A DNA stretch of 64,000 nt from Eledone cirrhosa (Eukaryota). Positions 40,938 through 54,365 of this stretch are shown piece after piece. Under the pieces are notes generated by a model that saw only the letters and a list, made by a program, of their open reading frames with translations, did not search any database and was not told the origin of the DNA. Where the stretch lies: assembly GCA_964016885.1 (NCBI GenBank), contig OZ024755.1, forward strand, positions 19,902,001 to 19,966,000, in the 5' to 3' direction. Numbering within the stretch: the first letter of the stretch is position 1; every line of letters begins with the position of its first letter. Position numbers and translations under genes: made by a program.

Positions 40938-41040
40938 TAATAGTTTCTACTTTAGGCAGAAGGCCAGCAATTATATGAGGAGGGGAAAGTCGATTAAATC
41001 GATCCCAGTGAATCATTAGTGCTTTATTTTATAAATCCCG
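40938..41040 (-). mobile_element. Meta-domain SINE 3' fragment (long variant)
   Basis: GTTTCTACTTTAGGCAGAAGGCCAGCAATT...GTCGATTAAATCGA. Confidence 0.7.
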
Positions 41041-41226
41041 GCGAAAAAGTTCATAGGCTGACTATGAAAGAGTGAGGCAAGAGCTGTAAAATCTTACATA
41101 GATTAATTTCAACTTTCTTTATTAACCTAATAACTGCATTATTTCTTTCCAGGAACTAAGTGGAAAAATAAACCTGATTTGGTCAGGCTATGGGAGTATA
41201 TGAACCTTTCAGCCGACCGTCTTAAC
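41041..41226. mobile_element. Tc1/mariner-type MITE remnant
   Basis: AAAAGTTCATAGGCTGACTATG ... TATGAACCTTTCAGCCGACCGTCTTA inverted ends; a related end at 43190-43263 finishes CAACCCTCGTA (TA target). Confidence 0.6.
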
Positions 41227-42452
41227 ATGGGAGGAAGGCCTAAATCTTCCTAAACTGAACGTACCATTCGAAATTTTTTGTAACAGAATCCATTCAAGCA
41301 ATGTTGTTTATGTCTATCTTCGACCCTTTAAATAAAGTAAGGATAACAAATGTTTGATTTGTAAATATGTAGTAGCTGTAATCATACAAAATAAAAAAAT
41401 ATATATCGACCGAAATTTCTTTCTTCACAATTATTTAAATATTTGGAGGTTGTCATTGTATGTAACAAGTGAAGCGAGCCATTAAAATGTGTTTTGTTGA
41501 ATGTTGTCTTATATAGATGTTTTATAAAATTTACAGAAATTTCTGTAGTTGCCACTGATATAAACGGAAAGGAAAATATGTAGAATTTCAGGAAGTCACT
41601 GTCAGCTTTCTGAAGGCAATTACAATATGTTGTAAGATTTATGTACTCCTTTCGTCTTTCCAAATAAATAATAATAAGTATGAGTTCTACTTCATGGAAA
41701 TATAGATATACATTTGCAATATAACTAAAGACAAACTGTAACAGAACAGAGACTGGAAGGAAATTTTGAGTGATTGAATGAATAATATTTAAACAATGTT
41801 AAAATTATTCTAGAAACTGACAGTAGCATTGTTAATAGACAGTAGCTTACAAATCAGTTGCTTTTAAAGGTTATGACTGGCTCTAGGCTTAGGGTAAGAG
41901 TCACTTGATAAAACAAACTTACTTTTGTAATCAATTCTAAGAGACTGACAAAGATCAGCAAAGATGTATCAGTATCATTAATGTATCAGTATCATTAGTC
42001 AGTCCTAGTAAATATATTATTGACAAACAGAAATGATCAAATTGTAATGTATAGGAAAGGCTAAATAAGAAGAAAATTGAGTTATAGAGATAGAAAAGAT
42101 ACCAATATTATATTTACAAGTTATTAGTAAACTAATAAATCATACTTTATTATTCATAAGATACCAAATACGTAAGGGATTGCAATATAGATTGGCAGAC
42201 CAGCCTGAGCTTTATGTTCATACAAAATATAATCTAGCAGTCAAATTGAATTGTTGGTAATAATGTGTAATGTATTTACTATGTTCTATGTTACAAAATA
42301 TTTTAAAAATAATATATAAGAGATTTAATAAAGCTAGTTAAAGTGGTAAAGCTAGTGAAAGTGCCAAATATATTATGGTCTATCACATTTCTGTGTACTG
42401 TACTCTTCAAAAGTGTAGGACGTAACCTTTTTACTTGACCAGTCAGTAAGTG

Positions 42453-42490
<38 letters not shown>

Positions 42491-42492
<2 letters not shown>

Positions 42493-42628
42493 CTAAGTTT
42501 ATCCCGGGTTCAATCGGGGGTAACCACAGTAAGTAAGGTACTCAATACAAAGCAGAGTATAAATCATCAGGCTTCCTGATGATTTCTCCCGAATGAAACA
42601 GTTCTAGTCATGTAGAAGCCTTTTCTAT
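42491..42628 (-). mobile_element. Family C element with partly deleted fold-back; hammerhead-like motif on + at 42570-42620
   Basis: GGCTTC-CTGATGA-tTTC-tccc-GAAt-GAAA-CA-gttctagtca-TG-TA-GAAGCC; tail homologous to 13400-13466; flanked by (TA)n. Confidence 0.75.
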
Positions 42629-42630
42629 AT

Positions 42631-42661
<31 letters not shown>

Positions 42662-43018
42662 GCAAAATCTATCTGCTAAATGTAACTGACAAACTAGAAC
42701 TTGAGTTAAACAAAGTACCCAATACTAATTTTAAAATGATTGATGCATTTATGCTAAGACAATAACGAGAAGGCAAATCGTAGAAATGGAATTTAACCAG
42801 GTATTGAAAGCCTGTAGTACATTTGGCTCAACAAACTAGCAAATTTGATCTTGGGATAATCAAAGTAATCGATATGACGACACTCAGTTGAAAAGTTGAT
42901 AGGATGAAAAGTTTGTATCGTGACCAAAAAATCTCACGGAATGACCAAAGGAGGTTTATTTCAACATAGCTCCTGGAAAAAAAAATCAATGCAGTTATTA
43001 AATTAATAAAAAGAGTTG

Positions 43019-43188
43019 AAATTGTTTCTACTTTTGGCACAAGACCAGCAATTATCCCAGTGCATTACTGGTACTTTATTTTATCGACCCCATGAGGATG
43101 AAAGGCAAAGTTAACCTCGGCGGGATTTAAACTCGGACCATAAAGGAACGTAACTCTGAAAAACATGGCGTCCGACTCTCTACCGCCC
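43019..43188 (-). mobile_element. Meta-domain SINE
   Basis: Family consensus match. Confidence 0.9.
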
Positions 43189-43189
43189 T

Positions 43190-43263
43190 ATGTAGGCAAG
43201 ATTTCACAGTTCTAGCATGACTTCAACATAGTCAGCCTAGGAACTGTTCAGTCAACCCTCGTA
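43190..43263. mobile_element. Mariner-type TIR fragment
   Basis: Reverse complement of the 41041-41100 end. Confidence 0.55.
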
Positions 43264-43634
43264 ATTGTATAATTATCTACTTATATATGACAAGGCAAAA
43301 ACAGAACGAAGGGAGGAGAAACAAATCACTTGAAAACAAATTAAAAATATAACCAAGTATTGAAATCTTGGAGTAGATTTGGTTCAACAAAATGTATTCC
43401 ACTGAATCTTCCTACCTTACCTCCCCACCTCTATCAAAGAAAATATTGACTCTTCATTGGTGTTGCTTTATTTGTTACTGATCTATCTTTACTCTAATTA
43501 CATCTATTCATTTTCATTGCTGTATTCAGTGTAAATTTAGTTAAAGGGAAAACAAAAAAACTGACTTGGAAGGAATTCTTTTACGTCATTTCCTGAAATA
43601 TCAAATCTTCCGAATGTCATTTACGCAATTATTT

Positions 43635-43649
43635 ATATATATATATATA

Positions 43650-43743
<94 letters not shown>

Positions 43744-43892
43744 TGAGTGAGTGGGTGGGTATTGCTTTAGTGGGAGTGTGTGTTAATGTGTGAGTGTGTG
43801 AGTGAGTGACTGAGTAAATGAATGCGTGTGTGGGAGTGAGTGTGTAGGAGTGTATGTATATGTGTGTGTGCGTGTGTGTGTGTGTGTGTGCG
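43635..43892. repeat. (TA)n/(TG)n/(TGAG)n microsatellite
   Basis: Direct inspection. Confidence 0.95.
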
Positions 43893-45567
43893 TTTTATAT
43901 TTAAGTGTGATTTGCTATATAACTCCTGGTACGTTTTTGAATGTGATGCATATTTTAAACGAGTTTATATGAGATAACACATTTAAATTAATATCGCGAA
44001 TGACCTTCAATATTTGTATGAATACTGTTTACTTGAAAAACGTGATTCCACCCTATATTCATAGTTTTTATTCTGTGGAGCATCTTAACGCTTCATTTGG
44101 TGTCTATTCGATCACGAGTGATGTATATTTATTTATTGATCTACTTAGAGTTTGTTATTAAAGCCCACACAAACATGAAACAATGCCTCTCATTACGTAT
44201 CAGCAACTTCACAATTATCAATGTCAATATACCGTTCAGAATATATATTATCATTAAATAAACAAGAGGTTAAATTAGCCATGTAATATTGTGAACAACT
44301 CCGAGATGATTATCTAACAATGTTCATTTAATTATTTAATAAAATTTAGACAATGTTCATAGTGTAGAAATTTCAAACAACCAGGAAAAATATTTTAAAA
44401 ACACTAAACGTAATCCATTCGAATGTTCCGTGAGAAACTGCAGCATGATGTCTTCTATAGCGTGGAATGTATTCCATCTATTTTATTAGCTAAATAATTG
44501 AAATAAATGAGAAATAATTTTTTTAATAAATTCTAAAAGGTCACGTAAACACGCGCATTTAATTAATGTAATGTTTTAGACAGTATATTCGTGAATGCAT
44601 GAAACTTTTTTAAAATTAGATATTTCAGTTCTTGACATTTTTATTTTGTTCTCAATATATATATAACAAAAAACGCTAACTAGTTAAAAAGATCTAAAAA
44701 TCAACATACATCAATTCAGTCGATAATTTTCTATTGTGGTTCAATGCTTTATTCCAGAAGGTTCAACGCTTTCTTCGTCACTTCTTTCTACTCTCATTTT
44801 CAGTTAACTTGAATATAAATATCTTCGATAGTGTTGTTACTCTTAGTAATCAAATTCAATAAGTATATAAAAATAGCTGTTTCTCATCTATTGTTATTGT
44901 TTCCATATCCGTTACATGGCGTGTACGGTTTTTAGATCTAAACAAATAACGCCACAACATATTCGAAATAGTCAGTATATTGTGACGTAAATATTGTTTC
45001 TTGATATTGTTGCCAGGTTAAACATTCGAAGAAAAATATTTTCAATTATTTTTTTTATTAATTTTGTAAATTCTCCACATAAAGAATGTACGGTATTCAA
45101 GACAGAAAAGCAGCGTACAAAAGATTATTAAATTTCATTCTGTTAACTTAATTTCCGATTTCCAATGAAATACATACTAGCAGCACAATGCCATTTGAAT
45201 AACCACTACGAGAGTAGTGATTAATAAAAAATTAAAAAATAAATAAAAAATAGGCGCCATGTTCCTATGGCAATTTCAAACAATGACTATTAGCTATAAT
45301 GAAACCTAGTTTAATGAAAGAAGTTTTATATTGAGATACTGATAGAACTTACAATGTTATGTGGTGAGGTAGTGTATTAAGGAAGCATCATCCGAGTGTA
45401 AATTATATTTAAAAAAAACTCCAGCTGCAAAAAAATTAGTCGTATCTCATTTGCTAAAGAAGGATTTAATTATTCAACAGTTATGTTTTGGAAGTTCTTG
45501 CACTTGAAATATAGTATGAAACCTGTGGTTAGTTTAGTGGCTCAACAAGACATTATTGTGACAAGGG

Positions 45568-45610
<43 letters not shown>

Positions 45611-45624
45611 AATGACAGACAGTC

Positions 45625-46543
45625 AAGCAATATATTGATGATCTAGATCTTGCTTGCTGAAGTCACCATATACATTTAAATAGAATATTTTGCCTTTCTT
45701 CATGTGTACAGACCTAACTACGTTTTCTAAAACAAATTGCAGTTCGGGATGCACAGGTATTCTCCTGCAACACATGGTATTTCGTCACTCCCTCTAAAGA
45801 GCTGGACAGATGTGTCAATGCAACAGTGTTTTGCAGCCAACTGGTGGAATATTCTGGTACATGTCTGAGGTCAACTTGCTTCCAGCTCTGCCAGAATGGC
45901 AGAAGGATATGAGCAAAACAATCATGTGGATCTCTTAAAAATATTCTCTAAGCAGTCCGTCAAAACGAATAGTTGCTCCTTTCACAACCATGATTTGGAA
46001 TGCTTTGTAAATGTCACTTTGTAATCATCGGTATTAAGGATATCAATTTGATTCACATCCAGTATCAAAACGATTTAGAAATGTGTATGTTGTACTATCA
46101 GATTTCACGGTGATCCCCAAAATAGCCAGGGTGGCTAGAAGCAAAGATGCAATGCATGCTTGTTGTTACTCATGCAGATTTGCAGCTCTGTTTATTTCGA
46201 TACTGAAATTATCAATATTATCGATTATCACTTGTGTGTGAGGGATTGAGAGAGGTGTCTTTGGAATGAGCAGATCAAAACATGTATCAGATTTTGAAAT
46301 ACTTCGTTGAGTCCCCTGTTCTTCAAGACAGTATTAACGTCGATAACTGTCAGTGAGTGAAGGTGTGTGGTTGCCGACCTGTTTTTCAAACCAATTGAAA
46401 TCCATCATCTCACACTCCCATGGAAACGGTAGTAATGACCAACACACAAGGAAACGGTAGAACATAAAACAAAGGATAATATAAACGGTACAAATGATAA
46501 TTCCACAAGAGACAAGCCTCTCATTTGTGAATTCTGACATCAA
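45625..46543 (-). pseudogene. Putative decayed intronless type II membrane protein pseudogene, possibly GT61-like glycosyltransferase
   Basis: Relatively GC-enriched unique island; frame-shifted peptides include a hydrophobic N-terminus, TSMHCIFASSHPGYFGDHREI and LRDPHDCFAHILLPFWQSWKQVDLRHVPEYSTSWLQ...IPCVAGEYLCIP/ELQFVLEN; family call is by-eye resemblance only. Confidence 0.35.
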
Positions 46544-46966
46544 AGTAACAAGCAGTTACTGCAGATACAATAGTTGCATTGTGAGTTGCCGTGGAAACAT
46601 GATTTCAAAATTGCTATGAAATAACGTGAAATTATTTTCTCACTCAATCGACATAAATATTATCGTAAATTACCCTTTCATTCAGCAGATTTTATTATTC
46701 AAACCACACCCTGTTTTGAATTGTTTGTTTGTGTAAAATATTGTTAGTGCACCATGTGTAACAAGGTTTCTCCCCCCCCCCCCCCCCCCCCCCCAAAAAA
46801 AAATCAGTTCGACCTTCACCCTTCAGCTCGTCAACCTCCTAAACTCAAACAGCTGCTAAGATAAATAGCATATGTGAAATCACCTACGAACAATGGTTTC
46901 GTTTTAAACAGTTCCAAATAAGTTGGAAAAATAATTGAAATAACGTTTAGATGTTATAGAATTTGT

Positions 46967-47033
46967 ATAGATATTTAAGAAAAATAAAATCGGGAGGTAC
47001 GGAGCCACCCTTTTATTTTTCTTAAATATCTAT
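46967..47033. repeat. Hairpin with 23-bp perfect arms and 21-nt GC-rich loop
   Basis: ATAGATATTTAAGAAAAATAAAA ... TTTTATTTTTCTTAAATATCTAT. Confidence 0.9.
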
Positions 47034-48822
47034 GAAAATGATGCAGAAACAAATAGTGAATTAGCCTAGCAATATTTATAAGAAAGATCAAAATAAATAC
47101 TTTATAAGGAGTTTCAAAACTTATAGACTAGTGAAATGTGGAAATACTGAGGTTTGCTGCAAGTTACACCTATGTCCCTGTTGACGACGGAGCATGTGTT
47201 ACATATTCTCCTTGCTATATATGAACAATAATACTTTCATAAATAAATGGGATCGAGAAGTAGAGAAAGTACGAAAGTGTGTAAGTTAATCTAGGCTTGA
47301 AAGTAAAGGATTGAAGTAGTAGAGGAGTCGGTAGCAGTAAACGAGTAAAGAGAATAAGGTATGGGTTTTAAGCAAAGGTCGTTTGTCAAATAGACAGTAA
47401 ATGTAATATTTTTTATTAAAACATTAAAACTGAAACTTTGAAAAGCAACTATTCATCGTAAACATCCAACATTGTGTTTAGATTAATATGTATATATATT
47501 AGTTGCATAAACTGTTTTATAAATTCTCATTTTATTCATTCAATCAGTGTAATAAAATAATTCGAGGTATGAATTACTTCTAATTTTTTTCTCTGTGATG
47601 TTGAATAGTATTGTCTGTCTAGGAGTCACTTGCTGAATGTGTGATAGGTGATGGCAGAATGTTGGTTATATATATATAAATATACTTACACGATTTCATT
47701 ATATAATATAGTCATCAATGAACATATATTAGTTATAAAGAAACACATATACATGGTTTTTAAATGCGTGCGGTGTAACTATTTGTAGTTTTAAATAGAT
47801 TTAAATCTATTGCTAACATGATTACTTTTAGTTTGTATTTTATCTTCAATTTAAATTATCACATATAACAGGAACTGATAACCTTTTACTAACAAGAAAT
47901 ATTGGAAAATATATACAATGAGGAACAAGTATATACATAAAGATATATGTGTTTATATAAACACATTCGTATATAGAAAAACATGGATGTTTGGGTGCAT
48001 GTGTACGCGAGCATATGCGCGTGTATGTGTGGCATGTGTACACACATGTATGCATATTTAAGAAGCATACTCATTAAATATGTGTTTACTGAACCATCAG
48101 TAATCGAGTCATTCATTTTCGATTTATGCATCACTGATAGCTGAAATTTTATATCAGTGTGACAATTGCAATTGTGGATTTACATCAATAAAATATCACA
48201 TAAACGTTTTTTCCATTAAAATTCTCTGTGAATCTTAAAAATAGTTTTAACACCTCTATATAGAGGACGGAAGATTGCATTTATCTGTTAACAGCTTTAA
48301 TAATTAAAGTATTGAATTCGCCAACATCAGTGCAGAACAGACTGCGTAGGAAGAAACAAATTGTTTACAGTTGATCTAGAGAACTTTATGACAGAAGTTT
48401 CCTAGAGATTAACATCATATCCTAATAGTGTTTTTAAACAAGCTTCTGATTCGTAATTTCATCCTATCGTATTTTGAAAATAACATCCATAAATGAAAAG
48501 CAAAAAACAAAAAAACAACATGAAATCAGGGATTTTCATATTAAGACGCTTGCCTCAAGAAGGTTTATTTCTAATTTATGCTATTCATGTCCAATTAATG
48601 TAGTCTGCGTAAGACAATTTCTTCCATCAACGCAACACCTATTTTATTTTCGAAATGAAATTGCTCTTTTGGTGAACCTCAATTTGTTTTTTAATTGAAA
48701 TTTTATTTTTATATCTTATTTTTTGGTTTCTCAACTGTAAGAAAAACTAGAATTATCTAGTTTTCCATGGCTTACTAGCTCTATATGGAAGTTTACATTC
48801 ATTAAATAAATAAATAAATAGG

Positions 48823-48988
48823 TAATTGCTTCTACTTTTGGCACAAGGCCGGCAATTACCCCGGTGCATTACTGGTCCTTTATTTTATCGACCCCATAAG
48901 GATGAAAGGCAAAGCTAACCTCGGTGAGATTTGAATTCAAAACGTAAAGGGCCACACCTCTATCCAGCAAAGCATGGTGTCTGACCCT
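48823..48988 (-). mobile_element. Meta-domain SINE
   Basis: Family consensus match. Confidence 0.9.
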
Positions 48989-50457
48989 TAAAATAAATAG
49001 ATATAAAATGGGATGTTATGCCATCAAATGCTACATTGTTTCAATTGCTATTGGAGATTTTATATTTCGTAAATACATATACATACTCATATTCACATAT
49101 TCTTAGTCATACTTTAATACATATATTCACCAATACCAATAAGGTTAAGATACAACTATGAACAATTACAACCACCACCGTCAAGTATTTACATAATGCC
49201 GGGGATAAACACGAACATATATAATTGAAACCCGTCTTAAAAACACGCCTCCTATACAAATAACCCACAATAAATCTTACAAATAAATTTAAAAACAGAT
49301 TTAGACAGCTGAAATATATAAAACGAACATATTAACAGCATTGTATCACACAACAAGAAACGTTCTTTAAATTTCAAATGATGATAAAGAAAATATGTAA
49401 GAAAAACTAAAGCAATTGTTTGTGTTTTTTATGTTGTAATTTTCGTGTTATATCTATATTAACATATTGTTAAGAATATGTATTCACGTGCTCCATCAAT
49501 ATAGTAGCAGAATAAGTATATATTTGTAGCGTTTTTAAACTAATGTTGAAACTGTAGAGAAGTATACACTCGATGAGATCACAGTTCTCGACTGATAATT
49601 AATTTATGAAATCCAGAAGGGTTCAAAGCAACGTTAACCCTGACGAAAATTTGAGCCCAAAACCTAAAGTCATCCTCTCCAACATATTACTAATCTCGCC
49701 CTATTTATGACATCGAAACATGGCACACTATTTTGGAAAAGGAATTGATTGAAATCGACAAAAGTACTTGTATTTATTACATCGATTCTGAAAGTTTGTG
49801 AGTCAAAGCAAAGAGCCATAGATACATAGCAGGAACCTTTTACTACACCACATCCTGATAGTTGTAATATAAGTAAATTAAACGTCAAATGTTTGATAGA
49901 TGCTAATCAAAAGTTGTGTTCTATGTCAAACATATCTTGTACGATTTAATGAGTAATTAATCGATGGTTTTATAATAACGATCTTAAAGTACTTTACAAA
50001 GTGATTTATCGATGGGGATGGTGAATTCATGGGGAAATATGAGAATGAATTCGCGAATACACGAAGAAAAGTATTATTAGGGATAAAACAAAGTCTTGAT
50101 GTCGTGTAGCATGATTATAACTTAGAAAATTAAGAATGATTAATCTTTTATGTCTAAGTCTGCCTAATTGTAGTCTATGGTCAGTTGAAATATTCTTTGG
50201 AGTAACGTTACAATTGTTAATTATAGAGACGTAGTTTCCCTCACCTGGAGAAACATATAGTACTGTTCGTTATTCGTTAATATTAATTAAACAAAGAAAC
50301 TTGTACGATTTATACAATTTTGGAAAAAGTTTATCGGATGGCTCATTTTTCAATGTTCTGACGCCTTCACATGCATAAATATTTAGTGTAAAGTATAAAT
50401 TTACAATTCAAAACTTGCATGAACAAAAACATTTTCTGAATTAAAGAGTACCTTACG

Positions 50458-50811
50458 TTAATATTGAGGATGATTTGAACTGATTAAGTCCAAATCCATT
50501 TTATAGCAATTTATAAATCGATACATGATAATACCTGGACATATTTCATCCAAACTTGATATAGTTGCATTGAGAAGTTCTTTGTCATATTTATCATATA
50601 TTTGATCAATAGAATATTCATAACGGCAGGTTTCTCCTTGATACATGAAAGAGCGTGATTTTGGAATTCGTATAAGTAAAACAGCGAGAGGTTTCGTGTA
50701 AATGTTCAACGCTAACTCGATTGCATTTTGATTTATTAAGTCGGAATACTCAAATATCTGTTCGAAAGGCCTAAGACTGTTAGCTCCATAATAAAGGCGG
50801 AATAGCCTCAA
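50458..50811 (-). other. Unassigned 117-codon open frame in unique DNA (possible exon or relic)
   Basis: Not repeat-derived, protein-like composition; GTAAGG donor-like site just past the stop (50456-50451); no family recognised. Confidence 0.25.
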
Positions 50812-53529
50812 TTAGGGAAGTCAGTCAGTTACAGTGATTGAACAGCTATTATGATCGGTTGCATTCGACTGCTAGGTGGCAGTGGTTTAGGATATATGTG
50901 AAATAGCAGCAAGAAACCAACAAAAACAGCCTTCATGGAAAAGAAAACTATGAGGATGCTTCATCGCAGCCTTTCAAGCCACTAAATTTACCTCAATTAA
51001 CACTATAAGAGGGAATGGCATATTATAATATGTAGACAGCGAGATAGTCTTTAATTATCTCTATTAGGATTAAAATGAGCGTAACAACCGCAGAAACAAC
51101 CTAATATACATCTAATTTACACATACTAAACATTAAGGATTCATTATATACATTTTCCTTTCAAACAAATTCAATAAATTATGAATGCGATGGAAACTTA
51201 TAATGATGTCGAGCTGATTCAATATAATACCACCTGGTGGTTCACTAATGGCGTTCTTTACTAGACGTGTTTAAGCAATTTAAACAAAATTAATTTTCTC
51301 GAGACAAGTGTGTGTGTGTGTGGAATTAACAATGAGACTTGGTTTCTAGAGTAGTGTATAAATAATTATAACTTAAATTGTGGAGTTGTACTTCTAAGTG
51401 ATACCAGATGTCGAATGTGATATAATATACTTTTTAGTGCATTTAGCACACACACACATATATACATACGTATTCGATTATTTTCTAATAGTATAGGGAA
51501 TTATAAAATGAACGAGAACTGAATATATCATACTTTGATCTTAATTGAATAAAATAACTGTTTCATTAAATATGATAAATATTCCGTCACCCCCAGCAAA
51601 AAGTACAGAGACTGTATAGTGTTCTGCGTGACATACCTGCTGACATTTACTATGGATGACTTCCATTTTTATTACTCGATCTGTTTGTGTAATGTAACCG
51701 GTTGGTTGCCAATGCAAATAAAGAATTTGAGTAAATTGAAATTACACCTAGAAATGATATGATAAACTCCCACGGCTGGTAATTTATATTGCTAATTTGA
51801 TTCTGCAGCATACTTCATATAAAGTGCTGTATGAAGAATGATGTAACGTAACGATACATCAAATGTATAAGTATAATTATATACGCCAAGTAATTTACAA
51901 ATTACTATGTAATTTACATAGGAAAACATTCTGTCTGATTAAATTTCATGAGTTAATTCAGCACTGCGAAATATGATGTCTGCTTACTGATATATTAAGA
52001 AAACGATGAAGACGAAATACGTACATTTAAATAAATCTATAACGTGATAGCTCGCTATTCTCATATGGAAGTGAACGCTTTGTTTCTCCATTATTTCGTA
52101 CTATTGTCTGTCTCTGAAGAAGTAATTATTCCTATATTTCAGAATTATTTTACAAATTATGACGTCAATTCTTTTAACTCAATCTCTCTCATAGGAAGAA
52201 AAAATACAACATCTGCAAAACTAAAACTGTTTTAATGTCCGATAAAATCTTAATTTCATAGTTTTCATTTTAGGAGCAATATGTTTTAATTGCTGGAGAA
52301 TCATAGCGAAGACGAAATATTCATCTTGACAAATTGAGTTTACAAGTGAATTTTGATTCTAAGAGCAGTGATTTAAATTTACATTTTTCTTACGTTACTC
52401 GGATTCTAACAATTAAATCATTGCCGCACTGAATCTCTGACTGTGAGCCTGACAAGAGAGGGAGTGTATAACATGAAGAGGAAACAAATATCAAGGCACT
52501 TAATTCGTAAGGACCTAGTGTTTCAAGTTATTACATTACTGATTGCAGTACAGTATTCCTTTAAAAGTTCTTGCACAAAATATTGATCCGCTATGGCCTA
52601 TGTTAGATATCGCTGATCCTATATGTCGATCGACCATGAATAACACAGTTATATTTGCTTCCATTCGCAATTAGAATGTTTTGAGAAATGCAAGGACGTT
52701 ACAATATCCCACTAGATCCTATAAAAGATAGAGACAGTTTGTCTAATTAAAAAAAACAAAATATTTCCTTTGAAATTACAAGAAGGTAGCCGATATATTT
52801 ATAAGTTGATGATAAGATAAATGGAATTATTGGTGATAGAAACATGAAGATCTGTAGAGAAAAACTGAAAATTGTCACCAAATTTCCTATTCTATGTTAT
52901 AAATTATCATTTCTCAAAGGGAGTCTAATCATTTGTATCAGATTCTTTTGCACCAGTGAGGTCTTGGTGTAAGATCTGACGACAATATATAAAATCAATA
53001 GATTGTTAGCGTGTCTACACGTTTGTACATATATGAGTATTTAATTTTTGGTGAGTCTATGGGCATATCTTTGGTAGACTATCTTACACAATATCGATCA
53101 CGTTCTGAATCATACATTCCTTCAAATGATATGTGTGCGAGGTCCGAAGAAAGTTGTTTGTAATGATAAAGATTGCACTAGCGATTTGATTGGTATCTCA
53201 GACACCACCAAGTCTGTGCTGGCAAATGATTCTGTACTAGATATGTTTATCATCTCAAATAACTGCATATTCCCGACCAGTTGGATTGAGTTAGTGAAAG
53301 ACAGAAAAAAACCAGTATGAGGAAGAAATTGAGGAAATGTTCCTATAATATTAGCGACATAATGTATCATGTAAAAATTAGTTCATTTGCGATTTTCCAA
53401 AATTACTTAATATTCTATAGAACAACATAGGATGTATGTATACGAACAAAAACGAAACGCATAACTCATACATCCAGCTATATAGATTATATGCATGCAT
53501 GTCATATTTAATATATAGAACAAATTTTA

Positions 53530-53985
53530 TATGAAAAGTATTCGTGTAACTTTACTCGATATAGGGCATAGCTCAGAGATCAGAGATGCACTGCAGGTAG
53601 AGCTACTACTTCTCGAAATTGAGAGATTAAATCTCTGATACTATGAGCATGTGGTTAGAATGTCTCAAGAAAAAATCGCTGGAGTGTCACTCCAGGTAGA
53701 GCTTCTACTTCTCGAAATTGAGAGATTAAATCTCTGATACTATGAGCATGTGGTTAGAATGTCTCAAGAAAGAATCGCTGGACAGGCTTTACTGGCGAAA
53801 CCAACAGATAGGAGACCCAGGGGTTGACCTCGAGTAAGATGGTTCGATGGCATCCAGGAACGTGACTGGTTTCGCTTGGGGATCCAGCTGGATCAGTTGG
53901 AGACGGTTGCTTCTGACAGGACCTGTTGGGAGGAGTGTTTGAGGACACTGCGGCCACGACCCTCGCCAGAATAAGTAAACCAAAA
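53530..53985 (+). mobile_element. RTE LINE 3' fragment with 99-bp internal tandem duplication
   Basis: LQVELLLLEIERLNL*YYEHVVRMSQE twice, then LAKPTDRRPRG*PRVRWFD; same family as 63440-64000. Confidence 0.9.
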
Positions 53986-54310
53986 TGAAGCAAAAGAGTA
54001 TTAATCTACGTGTGTGTACTTGTGTTTGTGGTGCGTACTCCTTTCTTACTAAAGGACGCCTACCAAATATTTATAAAGTAAAGACGAATATACGTATTCT
54101 AATACATCTCGAGACATTCTAATGGCTTAGCTTCCCATATATAATACATTAATTTCAATTTTCTTTAGAGACACAATACAAGTTAAGTTATAGACTTGGA
54201 CTTAACTAACACGAAGTTTCGTGTCTGCGTGGTTGGTTGTTTTGTGGGTAGAGTTGGTGGTGCTCTTGATAGTAGCGATGACAGTGTTGGCGGGGCTGGG
54301 GGTGTAGTTG

Positions 54311-54365
<55 letters not shown>

